Source of the DNA: a bacterium
GTDB taxonomy: Bacteria > UBA8248
Assembly: GCA_965213625.1 (NCBI GenBank)
Contig: CBDBZU010000004.1
Location: forward strand, 1,056,001-1,120,000
Reading direction: 5' to 3'
DNA length: 64,000 nucleotides
Program-made: the position numbers and the translations under genes
The notes under the pieces: model-generated
Databases searched by the model: none
What the model was told of the DNA's origin: nothing
The model's input: only the letters and a program-made list of their open reading frames with translations
Part shown: in pieces, positions 51,586 to 61,112 of the stretch
How the letters are laid out: every line of letters starts with the position of its first letter
Position numbering within the stretch: position 1 is the stretch's first letter

Positions 51586-53792
51586 ACAAACGTAACGGAA
51601 GCAATCTGCATATTGAGACCGAACTCAGTAGAGATTTAGGGCTCACATCGGCGCTCTCTATCGGCGTCGGTACTATGATAGCAGCAGGTATTTTTACGTT
51701 ATCCGGCCTGGCTGTCAGGGATGTCGGATCATCGGCCGTCATCGCTTTCCTTATAGCCGCGCTTGTCGCTGGGTTCACGGCGCTCACCTATTGTGAATTC
51801 ACATCTTTGTATCCGGAATCCGGAGAAGGTTATCTCTATGCGAGAAGAACGTTTCCGCCGCCACTTGCCTATCTTGTTGGATGGACATTGGTGCTTGGCT
51901 ACACTTCTTCATGCGCTTTCTATATCAGCAGCCTTTCTTCTTATTTTAATGAATTCGTCTGGCATTCTCCTTATGAGCAAATATCGGGAATCATAGGCCT
52001 GGTCTGTCTCGTGTTGCTTAACATCAAGGGAACGAAGGAATCGGCTCGTTTTCAAATATTCATTACCGCCGGGAAGGTCATCCTTTTGTTTTGGTTTGTA
52101 TATGGCGGGCTAGGAAATTTGGACACAAAAGCCCTTGTCGAGAGAATGAGCATGGATATACCAAGGATTGGCGCGACGGCCGGTTTGGTTTTTATTACTT
52201 TTTTTGGGTTTTCGGCCATAGCGGCATCAGCTGGGGAAGTCACGAATCCCACAAAGACAATTCCTCGCGCGATTTTTCTTTCCATGATGATCGTAACGAT
52301 TCTTTATACATTGGTGGTCTTCGTAATCGTTACCGCCAACCTTACGGAATATACGGAAGCAGCGATGGGTAATGCGGCGCGTCTTTTCCTGGGACCCATC
52401 GGCGGAATGGTGATTGTCGTAGGCGCGCTTTTCTCAATGATTTCCGCATCTAACGCATCGATTTTAGCGGGTTCACGAGTCGTTTTGTCCATGGCGCAGC
52501 TAGGACACTTGCCCTCTGGAATCGCCGCGATCAACTCACAGACACGCACTCCCATTATTTCGCTTATTTTGGTGGGAGGAACAATTGTTGTCTTTGCGCA
52601 AAGTTTTCACCTGGAGAAGTTGGCACACTTTGCGGACACCATTCTTCTGTTGGCATTGATTTTAGTAAATGCTGCACTCATCTATCATCGAAAGAAATTT
52701 CCAAATCTCCCCAGGCCTTTTCGTGTTCCCTTTGTACCGTTGTTGCCGCTTTTGGGGATTGTCGCAAATATATATTTGCTCTCACTCATATTGCGGCATC
52801 CTGAACCAGTTGTAATGGCAGTGCTTTGGCTGATTGTGGGAATGCTTGGGTTTCTGGCTTGGAAAGGTTCCCAGACTGAGGAGGAATTCTTGCCTGGTGA
52901 GCCATCCCGCGTAGCGCAAGTAAGCATGGAAGGACAAGAGAGTAATTTTCGCGTGTTGGTTCCTATCGCAAACCCGACAAACGTGATTCCTCTAATTGAT
53001 CTGGCCTCAGCGATTGCCAAAGAAAATGACGGCGAAATTATCGTAATGCGGGTTGTATCTTTGCCAGAGCAGGCTCCGACAAGTCGCGAGACTTCATACG
53101 TTGAAAGAGAAAGACGAATTTTGGAGCAGGCTCATGTTCACGCCAATTCAAAGGGTGTCAAAATCAGTTCCCTGGTAAGGATTGGACGTAATCCGGCGCG
53201 TGCCATCCTGGAGACGGCAAGAGAGCGGCATTGTGATCTGGTCATACTTGGCTGGAAAGGCTATACCTCTACCGCCAATCGCATATTAGGTGAAATTGTG
53301 GATGATGTCGTAAATCTTGCCAGGGCGGATATTATGCTGGTGAAACTTGTAGGTGAAATGAGATTTAATAATATTCTTTTACCGACAACCGGAGGAATAC
53401 ATGCGCGCTTGGCAGAACGATATACAGCCCCGATTGCAAGTGCTTACAATGCGAGGCTTGTTGTATCGACTATTGTTTCTCCAGAAGCAGATGGAACTCA
53501 AAAACATTCTGTGGAACAAGCTCTGAGCGAGGCGGTAGGCAGAATAAACGATGAGAGCAGTGTGCATGTGGAGAGTCGAATCATCACGCATAAATCCGTT
53601 TCCGTAGGCATTATCCAAGCGTCGGAAGAATATGACGCCATTGCAATGGGAGCTGCTGGCGAGAGTTTCTATAAACAGATACTTTTTGGTTCTATTCCTG
53701 AAAACGTTGCAAAACATACGGACAAAACAGTGATTGTGTATAAACAGTATTCACCCGTGAAAGCATTGGTGGGGCGGGTGATGGAAAACTGA
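51582..53792 (+). CDS. APC amino-acid permease with C-terminal USP domains
   Basis: IGVGTMIAAGIF, RPFRVP, VLVPIANP, LPTTGG, FGSIPE. Confidence 0.9.
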   Translation: MNKRNGSNLHIETELSRDLGLTSALSIGVGTMIAAGIFTLSGLAVRDVGSSAVIAFLIAALVAGFTALTYCEFTSLYPESGEGYLYARRTFPPPLAYLVGWTLVLGYTSSCAFYISSLSSYFNEFVWHSPYEQISGIIGLVCLVLLNIKGTKESARFQIFITAGKVILLFWFVYGGLGNLDTKALVERMSMDIPRIGATAGLVFITFFGFSAIAASAGEVTNPTKTIPRAIFLSMMIVTILYTLVVFVIVTANLTEYTEAAMGNAARLFLGPIGGMVIVVGALFSMISASNASILAGSRVVLSMAQLGHLPSGIAAINSQTRTPIISLILVGGTIVVFAQSFHLEKLAHFADTILLLALILVNAALIYHRKKFPNLPRPFRVPFVPLLPLLGIVANIYLLSLILRHPEPVVMAVLWLIVGMLGFLAWKGSQTEEEFLPGEPSRVAQVSMEGQESNFRVLVPIANPTNVIPLIDLASAIAKENDGEIIVMRVVSLPEQAPTSRETSYVERERRILEQAHVHANSKGVKISSLVRIGRNPARAILETARERHCDLVILGWKGYTSTANRILGEIVDDVVNLARADIMLVKLVGEMRFNNILLPTTGGIHARLAERYTAPIASAYNARLVVSTIVSPEADGTQKHSVEQALSEAVGRINDESSVHVESRIITHKSVSVGIIQASEEYDAIAMGAAGESFYKQILFGSIPENVAKHTDKTVIVYKQYSPVKALVGRVMEN

Positions 53793-53875
53793 TCAAATCA
53801 CCTTGGTAATTTATATGTAAATACTTGGGTATTTCAGGCAAGAACAAATCAAATTTTGTCATCGAGGTAGTTCAT

Positions 53876-54595
53876 TTGTCTAAAATCGTATCGAGTTCCA
53901 TAGATGCTGTTTCGGATATTCCCAAAGGCGCATCGATTCTTATCGGTGGGTTTGGCATATGCGGGATGGCGCATAATTTATGTAAAGCACTCAGTGAGCG
54001 AAATGATGTTGGCGATTTCCATTTGGTTTCGAATGCAGGCGGAATGGACGGTTGGGGTGTAGGCCTGATGTTTGAAAATCGGCAGGTCCGTTCCATCATC
54101 GCTAGTCGTGTGGGCCCGGCTTGTAAATCTTATGAAGAACAAGCCTTGCAAAGGGAAATTGAAGTCGAACTATCCCCTCAAGGAACATTCACGGAACGAA
54201 TTCGAGCAGGCGGGGCCGGCATCGGTGGTTTTTTCACGCCAACGGGAGCAGGCACCGTCGTAGCTGAAGGGAAAGAGACGAGATTCATTGAGGGGGAAGA
54301 ATACATTTTTGAAGAGCCCATTCGGGCGGATTATGCTTTCATCAAGGCCTGGAAGGGAGACGAGCGCGGGAATCTGATATACCGGATGAGCGCGCAGAAC
54401 TTTAATCCCGTCATGGCCACTGCCGCCGAGGTGACTATCGTCGAAGTAGAAGAGATTGTGCCTGTCGGTGAAATTGCCCCGGAAAATGTGCATACGCCCG
54501 GGATTTTTGTGCAACGCGTGGTTTTAGGTAAGGATATTGAGAAACCCATCGAAATCAAGACGAATCGGCCCCGAAACGGCCTAGGGGGGAGTTGA
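53876..54595 (+). CDS. scoA: 3-oxoacid CoA-transferase subunit A
   Basis: GGFG.CG, PQGT..ERIRAGGAGI, NFNPVMA, HTPGIFV; TTG start after GAGG. Confidence 0.88.
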   Translation: MSKIVSSSIDAVSDIPKGASILIGGFGICGMAHNLCKALSERNDVGDFHLVSNAGGMDGWGVGLMFENRQVRSIIASRVGPACKSYEEQALQREIEVELSPQGTFTERIRAGGAGIGGFFTPTGAGTVVAEGKETRFIEGEEYIFEEPIRADYAFIKAWKGDERGNLIYRMSAQNFNPVMATAAEVTIVEVEEIVPVGEIAPENVHTPGIFVQRVVLGKDIEKPIEIKTNRPRNGLGGS

Positions 54596-54596
54596 T

Positions 54597-55259
54597 TTGC
54601 CTTTGAGCAGACATGATATTGCCAAGCGTGCCGCAATGGAGGTTCCCCGGGGGGGATATGTCAACCTCGGGCTGGGCATACCTACCTTGGTGAGCAATTA
54701 TATACCTGAGGAATTTGGCGTCACCATACATTCAGAAAACGGAGTGTTGGGTGTAGGACCATTTCCATACGAAGGAGATGAAGACCCCGATCTGTTGAAT
54801 GCCAGCAAAGAAACCGTGACGATTATGCCGGGTGGTTCGTATTTTGATAGCGCCACGTCATTTTCTATGGTCAGGGGCGGGCATATAGACGTCACCATAC
54901 TAGGCGCAATGGAAGTTGCTGGTAACGGTGATCTGGCGAATTGGGCCATACCTGGCAAGATGATATCAGGCATGGGTGGTGCGATGGATCTCGTCGTGGG
55001 TGCCCGAAAAGTGATCCTCACGATGGAGCATGTCTCCAAACGTGGGGCGCCGAAGATTGTAAAGACATGCTCTTTGCCTTTAACCGGAAAAGGCGTAGTA
55101 GATGTCATCATTACTGATATTGCGTTTATTTCTGTAGAGCGGGAAGGCCTTTTGCTTCGGGAGATTGCTCCTGGCGTGAGTGAAAGGGAAGTATTGGAAA
55201 AAACCGAGGCGCCATTGCGGATTGCTTCGGATTTGCGCGAGATGTTTGCGAATGCTTGA
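54597..55259 (+). CDS. scoB: 3-oxoacid CoA-transferase subunit B
   Basis: VNLGLGIP, SENG catalytic motif, GMGGAMDL. Confidence 0.9.
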   Translation: MPLSRHDIAKRAAMEVPRGGYVNLGLGIPTLVSNYIPEEFGVTIHSENGVLGVGPFPYEGDEDPDLLNASKETVTIMPGGSYFDSATSFSMVRGGHIDVTILGAMEVAGNGDLANWAIPGKMISGMGGAMDLVVGARKVILTMEHVSKRGAPKIVKTCSLPLTGKGVVDVIITDIAFISVEREGLLLREIAPGVSEREVLEKTEAPLRIASDLREMFANA

Positions 55260-55268
55260 GTTTCGAAG

Positions 55269-56186
55269 ATGATCGATCTTGAAAAATATACCCAAGAATA
55301 CTGGGGGTTGATGCGTCAACACGCCTATCGGCTCACAGGCAATATATTGGATGCGGATGATATCGTCCAAGATACCATGTTGCGAGCGATTGAGATGGGC
55401 CCGGCCCTCGATAATATCGAAGATCATCCTGAATGGTTGTATACGGCGTGTACTGAAGCGGCGCTTTCTCGATTGCGAGAAAAAAAACCGTTGGAGTTAA
55501 ATGAGTTCGACCTCCCCGATTTGATACAAACGACGGGTTCAAGTGCGAATGGCGTGACTAAATCGATGGAGGCGGGTGCAGTATGGCCAAGCGTTGCGCT
55601 CGAATTTTTATTTCCCCTCCAATACATGACGTCCGAACAGCGCGCTGTTGCCGTGCTCAGGGACGGGGTAGAGGATGGTGACCGGGTTGCAGCATCTGCA
55701 ATAGGAGTACAGATTCAGGAGGTATTCAAAATTGCTGATAATGCGGATAAAAAACGAGCGCAAATTGATAAGTACTGGGGAAAGGATCTTTTCTTCGCAT
55801 CTACCAATGAAAAAGAAAAACCAGCGCGAGTTTACGAGCGATTTGTTGAAGCACTCGGTTTTCGAGACAAGGTATTGTTACAAGGGCTCATGTCACCGGA
55901 TGTAGAGCTTATCGTCAGAGGCGAGCGAAGAACTGGTGACGATTTTGTAGCCGTGGCCTGTACGGAGCTTCTCGGCCAAATGGGAGAAAAGCTAACATTC
56001 AGTCCTGTTTGGTTCAACGGATGCCGGGGTATTCTTATATGGACTTGGCGTACAAGAAGAAACGAATGGCTGCGGTGTGGCGCCATTACAGTTCTAAATG
56101 ATGTTTTGAATATCAAAGCGATGAAGTGGTATTTGGATGGTCACTTACTGCGAGCCATTCAGACCGAAGTTCCTCAAATTTCATAA
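55269..56186 (+). CDS. Divergent ECF sigma factor-like protein with SnoaL-like C-terminus
   Basis: AYRLTG...DADDIVQDT, QRAVAVLRD, C-terminal NG.RG; region 4 degenerate. Confidence 0.6.
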   Translation: MIDLEKYTQEYWGLMRQHAYRLTGNILDADDIVQDTMLRAIEMGPALDNIEDHPEWLYTACTEAALSRLREKKPLELNEFDLPDLIQTTGSSANGVTKSMEAGAVWPSVALEFLFPLQYMTSEQRAVAVLRDGVEDGDRVAASAIGVQIQEVFKIADNADKKRAQIDKYWGKDLFFASTNEKEKPARVYERFVEALGFRDKVLLQGLMSPDVELIVRGERRTGDDFVAVACTELLGQMGEKLTFSPVWFNGCRGILIWTWRTRRNEWLRCGAITVLNDVLNIKAMKWYLDGHLLRAIQTEVPQIS

Positions 56187-56295
56187 AACTTCATATCAAC
56201 ATAATAAAAAACTTTAGCACTCAAGGGCTATGAGAATATTTGAGCAACGGAAGATGCTCATCTCAATTGTGACTTCAAGAGTTATATCGTGTTTT

Positions 56296-58548
56296 CTATG
56301 TTCCGTTCCCTTTTCCAAGTGCTTCGCAAATGTGATGCGGGCCCACTGGAATCTCGAAAGTACGGGTCCCAACCGCATCGGCGATGGCGTTCATGATGGC
56401 AGCGGGGGTTGCGAGTATGGGCGGTTCGCCTACTCCTCTCATGCCGTATGGTGTATCCTCCGCCTTGTTCTCAACCATTATGGTCTTCAACTCAGGAACG
56501 TCCAGACTGGTGGGCAGAAGGTATTCATGGAGAGTTCCGCCATAGATATTGCCTGCCTCGTCTCGAGGCTGTTCTTCCATCAACGCCAAACCGATTCCCT
56601 GAAGCATCCCGCCTTCCATTTGGCCGACGATGGAAGTCGGGTTCATGGCGAAGCCTACATCTTGGGAACAAACCAGCCTCAAAACTTTCACCTCACCCGA
56701 ATCCAGATTCACGGCTACCTCCGCGATTTGTGCCGCATAGATGGGGCAAAAAGCCGGTGCCTTAGTTTCCCCTTGCCCCATTATATAGCCTGTAATTCCT
56801 GGCGCAGCTTTTGCTACTTCACTTAATGACATGGAGCGTTCGGGTGTAGATATCGAAGAAACGCACCCTCCTTCGATTTTCAGATCGTCCGGGGCAGCTT
56901 CTAGTTTTTCGGCGGCAACAACTCGAATTTTTTCTTTTAGATCGTCTACGGCAACGATTACGGCGGCGCCCATCGAGCGGGTCAGCATGCTGCCCGCCGC
57001 GTGGATGGATTCGGGGGCGGTGTCGGTATCGCCGCTGTCAAAAGATACCTGCTCAAAGCCGATATCCATCATTTCCGCAGCAATTTGGCACATTGAGGTT
57101 GTTGCACCCGTAAGGTTTACGGCACCGCTGAGGAGTTGGATGCTGCCGTCTGCGTTTAAGCGAGCCGTACACGCGGAAGCACCACCACTTCCGCGCCAAA
57201 AGCTGACGGCTAAACCACGACCGAACTTCCAGCCAGGTCCCTCCAAGTCCACATTCGTTTCAATGGACTCGCCCCAGCTTCCTTCTTTGGCGGTGCTTTC
57301 CAAGACTTTGAGCATGCCGTCGTCTTCTTGCGTGCCAAATAATCCGGTATCGCCTTTTCGAATGGCGTTTTTTCGCCTGATTTCAAGGGGATCGATGTCT
57401 AGGTCGCGCGCGATGATATCGAGATGCACCTCTGTTGCGAAGAAGCACTGGGGTCCACATGGTCCTCTAACCGAGCCGCATATTGGTCCGTTTGTGTAGA
57501 CGCTCGCCATTTTCACCGAAGAATGCGGGATGTTGTAGCAGCTAGTGAACATCGGAATGCGGGAACTCGCTTGGGTCGGAGCGCCGGGACCATAAGCGCC
57601 ATGGTCGACGATGACGTCTGTTTCACGGGCTATAATATTACCATCAGAGGTTATCCCGGTTTTTAGATGTATTCGTAATCCTTGCCTGGGACCGACGCCG
57701 TTATGGTCGTCTTCTCGCGTCATCTCGTGGCGTACTGCGCGCCCGCTTTTGAGTGCCAGCAATGCGATGATGTGCTCAACAAACGAATGTATCTTACCTC
57801 CAAATCCACCGCCGATTTCTGTGGGGATAACTTTCACTTTCGCTAGTGAAATCCCCAAAGCCGCAGCAACTTGTCCGCGGATGACGAAGGGTGCTTGCGT
57901 TGTTGTCCAAATGGTGATTTTTCCATCGGCACCGGGCTCCGCCGAACAGGCATGAGGTTCGATATAACCAGAGTGGGCGTATGGAGTCTGAAAAGTGTGT
58001 TCGAATATGTGGTCTGCTTTTCCCATAGCGGTACTTACATCGCCCATGGACATTTCATAACGACCAATTACATTCCCTGCTCCGTTGGGCCCTAAGCCTA
58101 CCTTTTCCCAATCCTCATGAACGAGTGGACCCTTGCCGTCACGCGCTTCCAAAGGGTCTACCACAGGCTGAAGGACTTCATAGTTCACCTGTATAGAATC
58201 TAGTGCCGCCTGAGCAGCATCTATTGATTCCGCTGCAACAGCTGCTACAGGGTCTCCGATGTATCGAACATAACCATCGCGAGCCAGCCAGCACATATCT
58301 TTGATTTCAAGTCCGAAATGATGTGGGGGGCAATCATTACCAATCAATACAGTTTGCACACCAGGTATGTTTTTCGCTTCTTCCGTGTCCATGGAAACGA
58401 TACGAGCATGTGGGTGTGGGCTTCTGAGGACCAAACTAACCAGCGGCTGAGTAGTAGCGATATCGGCGGCGAACTTAGCCGTACCTACAGCTTTGTCCGG
58501 CAGATCGTATCTGGGGATACTTTTCCCAGCTACCTTAAATTCATTCAT
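56296..58548 (-). CDS. Xanthine dehydrogenase-family molybdopterin-binding subunit
   Basis: RSPHPHA, IEPH, GGGFGGK, GQMEGG, GVGEP. Confidence 0.92.
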   Translation of the reverse strand: MNEFKVAGKSIPRYDLPDKAVGTAKFAADIATTQPLVSLVLRSPHPHARIVSMDTEEAKNIPGVQTVLIGNDCPPHHFGLEIKDMCWLARDGYVRYIGDPVAAVAAESIDAAQAALDSIQVNYEVLQPVVDPLEARDGKGPLVHEDWEKVGLGPNGAGNVIGRYEMSMGDVSTAMGKADHIFEHTFQTPYAHSGYIEPHACSAEPGADGKITIWTTTQAPFVIRGQVAAALGISLAKVKVIPTEIGGGFGGKIHSFVEHIIALLALKSGRAVRHEMTREDDHNGVGPRQGLRIHLKTGITSDGNIIARETDVIVDHGAYGPGAPTQASSRIPMFTSCYNIPHSSVKMASVYTNGPICGSVRGPCGPQCFFATEVHLDIIARDLDIDPLEIRRKNAIRKGDTGLFGTQEDDGMLKVLESTAKEGSWGESIETNVDLEGPGWKFGRGLAVSFWRGSGGASACTARLNADGSIQLLSGAVNLTGATTSMCQIAAEMMDIGFEQVSFDSGDTDTAPESIHAAGSMLTRSMGAAVIVAVDDLKEKIRVVAAEKLEAAPDDLKIEGGCVSSISTPERSMSLSEVAKAAPGITGYIMGQGETKAPAFCPIYAAQIAEVAVNLDSGEVKVLRLVCSQDVGFAMNPTSIVGQMEGGMLQGIGLALMEEQPRDEAGNIYGGTLHEYLLPTSLDVPELKTIMVENKAEDTPYGMRGVGEPPILATPAAIMNAIADAVGTRTFEIPVGPHHICEALGKGNGT

Positions 58549-58751
58549 ATTGCCCTCAAATGTGTGGCGTATGTAGATGTCTGTTCTGGTTCGATGTCGA
58601 GCATAATAGGATTCCAATCCCCCAAGGGGATGAAATGATATCTCGATTGCGGATAGGTTCCCAAAACTCTAGTCTAAGTATATCTTGTGTTAGCAACAAG
58701 TTCTTCACAGACACGGTATTACCTGGTGGAATGATGTGAAGGAGATCAATC

Positions 58752-59630
58752 ATGTCAAATCCGATCCCATTGGGTGTTCTCGGTTATCCGGCAGGCCATA
58801 TTTTATCTCCTGTGTTGCATAACAAAGCAGCTGAAGTGTTGGGTTTGAATTATCACTATCTTGCCTATGAGGTGCACCCGGATAATTTGGAAGATGCCGT
58901 GCGGGGAGCCCAGGCGATGGGATTTCGTGGACTCACAATCACGATTCCGCACAAGGTGGCTGTTGCCAAACTCATGGATGAACTGAGTGAAGATGCCCGG
59001 TTTATGGGTGCAGTCAACACAATAGTTTTTGAAGAAAATGGAAATCTAATCGGCCATAATACGGATGGTATTGGATGGCTCCGATATATGGAGGAAACAA
59101 CGGGAGAACATCCCAAGGGAAAGAAATGTCTTGTTTTGGGGGCGGGAGGGGCCGCGAGAGCCATTGCCGTCAAAATTGCCCAGTGTGGGGCGGCTCATCT
59201 TGCTATTAGAAATCGAACTTCTGAAAAAGCTGTGGAGTTGGCACATTTTGTAAAAAAAAGCGTGCCTTACGCTAATGCGGATGGTGGCGGCTTGGATGAT
59301 CTGAATTCGGCGGCTGATGGTTGTGAGATCATCGTGAATACAACAATCCTTGGTATGTGGGGAGATGCCGAACGTATGGCAACCACACCGATTCCCGATA
59401 GCGCTATTCCTAACAATTGTATTTGTTCGGATGCGGTCTATATTCCTCCTGATACGGAGTTTCTAAAAGCAGCCAGACGTTCTGGCGCTCAAGTTGTTCG
59501 CGGAACGGGTTGGTTGGTATATCAAGCTGCGGCTGCTTGGGAAATGTGGACGGGAGTGGATATGCCTACGAATGTCGTGATGAAAGTTTTACACGAAGCA
59601 TTGGAATTGCGCCTCGATTCCAAGGATTAA
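58752..59630 (+). CDS. aroE: Shikimate dehydrogenase family protein
   Basis: SP.LHN, TIPHK, AVNT, NTDG, GAGGAARA, NRT. Confidence 0.85.
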   Translation: MSNPIPLGVLGYPAGHILSPVLHNKAAEVLGLNYHYLAYEVHPDNLEDAVRGAQAMGFRGLTITIPHKVAVAKLMDELSEDARFMGAVNTIVFEENGNLIGHNTDGIGWLRYMEETTGEHPKGKKCLVLGAGGAARAIAVKIAQCGAAHLAIRNRTSEKAVELAHFVKKSVPYANADGGGLDDLNSAADGCEIIVNTTILGMWGDAERMATTPIPDSAIPNNCICSDAVYIPPDTEFLKAARRSGAQVVRGTGWLVYQAAAAWEMWTGVDMPTNVVMKVLHEALELRLDSKD

Positions 59631-59899
59631 CTGTCGAACGTTTTTCGTTTTTTTACTCGTTCCTCACATGGGGTAGTCGCTTCATTACCTAACCATAAGT
59701 CCCATGCACCGTGATGGCCGATGTCCACTCCTTCTTTTTGAGCTTTTTTTTGTAGCGCGATTTGCAATTCATCCATAAACGCACTGTCCATGAGCTCAAG
59801 GTGCTCCCCGATGTGGCGATGCAGGATCCTGTAAACTAGCTTCATGTCCTCTATGGATGTCTCGAATGAATATGTATCGCCTTGTAATGAAAAAGCCAT
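59627..59899 (-). CDS. Small hypothetical protein (90 aa)
   Basis: Plausible globular composition; AGGAAAG upstream. Confidence 0.55.
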   Translation of the reverse strand: MAFSLQGDTYSFETSIEDMKLVYRILHRHIGEHLELMDSAFMDELQIALQKKAQKEGVDIGHHGAWDLWLGNEATTPCEERVKKRKTFDS

Positions 59900-60010
59900 T
59901 TTTCTTTCCTGTTGAAATAAAGGATTTGGAAAAACCATGGAAAAACACAATCCGATTCTACCGGATTATTATTGACAGTTAAATCACTCTACAGACATCC
60001 TGCCAGAAGG

Positions 60011-60051
60011 GGCCGGGGGCCCGGAATTGCGCATGGGGCCGGGCCCCCGGC
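60011..60051 (-). terminator. GC-rich hairpin after mreB
   Basis: GCCGGGGGCCCGG ... CCGGGCCCCCGGC stem; no clear U-tract. Confidence 0.5.
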
Positions 60052-60074
60052 AGGGGGGGTGGTGCTCGTGAAAA

Positions 60075-61112
60075 TCAGTTCAAACAGACTTGCTTGAAGT
60101 CTTTTAAATGGTCTAGCACGTGCCCTGTTCCACGGACGACTGTGGTTAGTGGGTCTTTTACTCTGTATATAGGAAGGCCTGTCTCGTCATGTAGCCTGGT
60201 CCCGAGTCCTTTTAAGAGTGAGCCTCCGCCGGCTAAAACGATTCCTCTCCGGTAAATGTCAGAAGCAAGTTCAGGACTTGTTTTGGACAGCGCTTTTCGA
60301 ATGGATTCAACGATGGCTTTCACGGGGCCGTCGAGAGCTATTCGCACCGATTCATCGGATATCTTGATGGTGCGGGGCATACCGGTGGAAACATCAGCTC
60401 CTGAAATTTCCATTTCAAGTGGCTCTGAAAGTGGAGCTGCTGCCCCAATCTCCATTTTGACGCGTTCGGCTTCGAAGGAACCAATTGATAAACCGTGGTG
60501 CCTTTTAATATGGCGTTGGATGCATTCGTCCATCGCATCTCCCGCCATGCGTAAAGATTCTGAATATGCAACGGCGTATTGGGAGATAACGGCCATTTCG
60601 GTCGTTCCACCCCCGATATCAACAATCATGGAGCCGGCGATTTCGTGAATTGGCAGTTTACTTCCAATGGCCGCAGCCATGGGTTCTTCAATCAGGTAGA
60701 CTTTGCCGGCTCCACATTGGGTGGCGGAATCTATTACGGCTTTCATTTCGACACTGGTGATACCTGAGGGAACGCAGACCATCATAGTAGGTCGACTGAA
60801 AGACCTTTTGGGTACAATTGATCCAACAAAATGGCGTATCATGGCTTTTGTTACATCAAAATCGGCGATTACCCCATCTTTCATGGGGCGAATTGTCCGA
60901 ATTGAATCCGGTGTTCGGCCGTACATTTCCTTGGCTTTCTTCCCAACCGCGAGAACGGCCCCTCCGTTTTTGGAGTTCAAAGCGACAACGGAGGGTTCAT
61001 CTAGAACAATTCCGGCATTTTTTGTGTAAACTAAAGTGTTTGCCGTTCCTAGGTCCATTGCGATATTGGGCCCCATCCAGGACCTGAGGCGCTTTAAAAA
61101 ATGTACTTTCAT
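60075..61112 (-). CDS. mreB: Actin-like rod shape-determining protein (MreB/Mbl paralog)
   Basis: DLGTANT, PMKDGVIADF, IEEPMAAAIG, DIGGGTTE, LAGGG. Confidence 0.93.
   Translation of the reverse strand: MKVHFLKRLRSWMGPNIAMDLGTANTLVYTKNAGIVLDEPSVVALNSKNGGAVLAVGKKAKEMYGRTPDSIRTIRPMKDGVIADFDVTKAMIRHFVGSIVPKRSFSRPTMMVCVPSGITSVEMKAVIDSATQCGAGKVYLIEEPMAAAIGSKLPIHEIAGSMIVDIGGGTTEMAVISQYAVAYSESLRMAGDAMDECIQRHIKRHHGLSIGSFEAERVKMEIGAAAPLSEPLEMEISGADVSTGMPRTIKISDESVRIALDGPVKAIVESIRKALSKTSPELASDIYRRGIVLAGGGSLLKGLGTRLHDETGLPIYRVKDPLTTVVRGTGHVLDHLKDFKQVCLN

Noticed and set aside
56296-58548. Aerobic CO dehydrogenase coxL
   Set aside because: Lacks the AYxCSFR motif and coxMS neighbours
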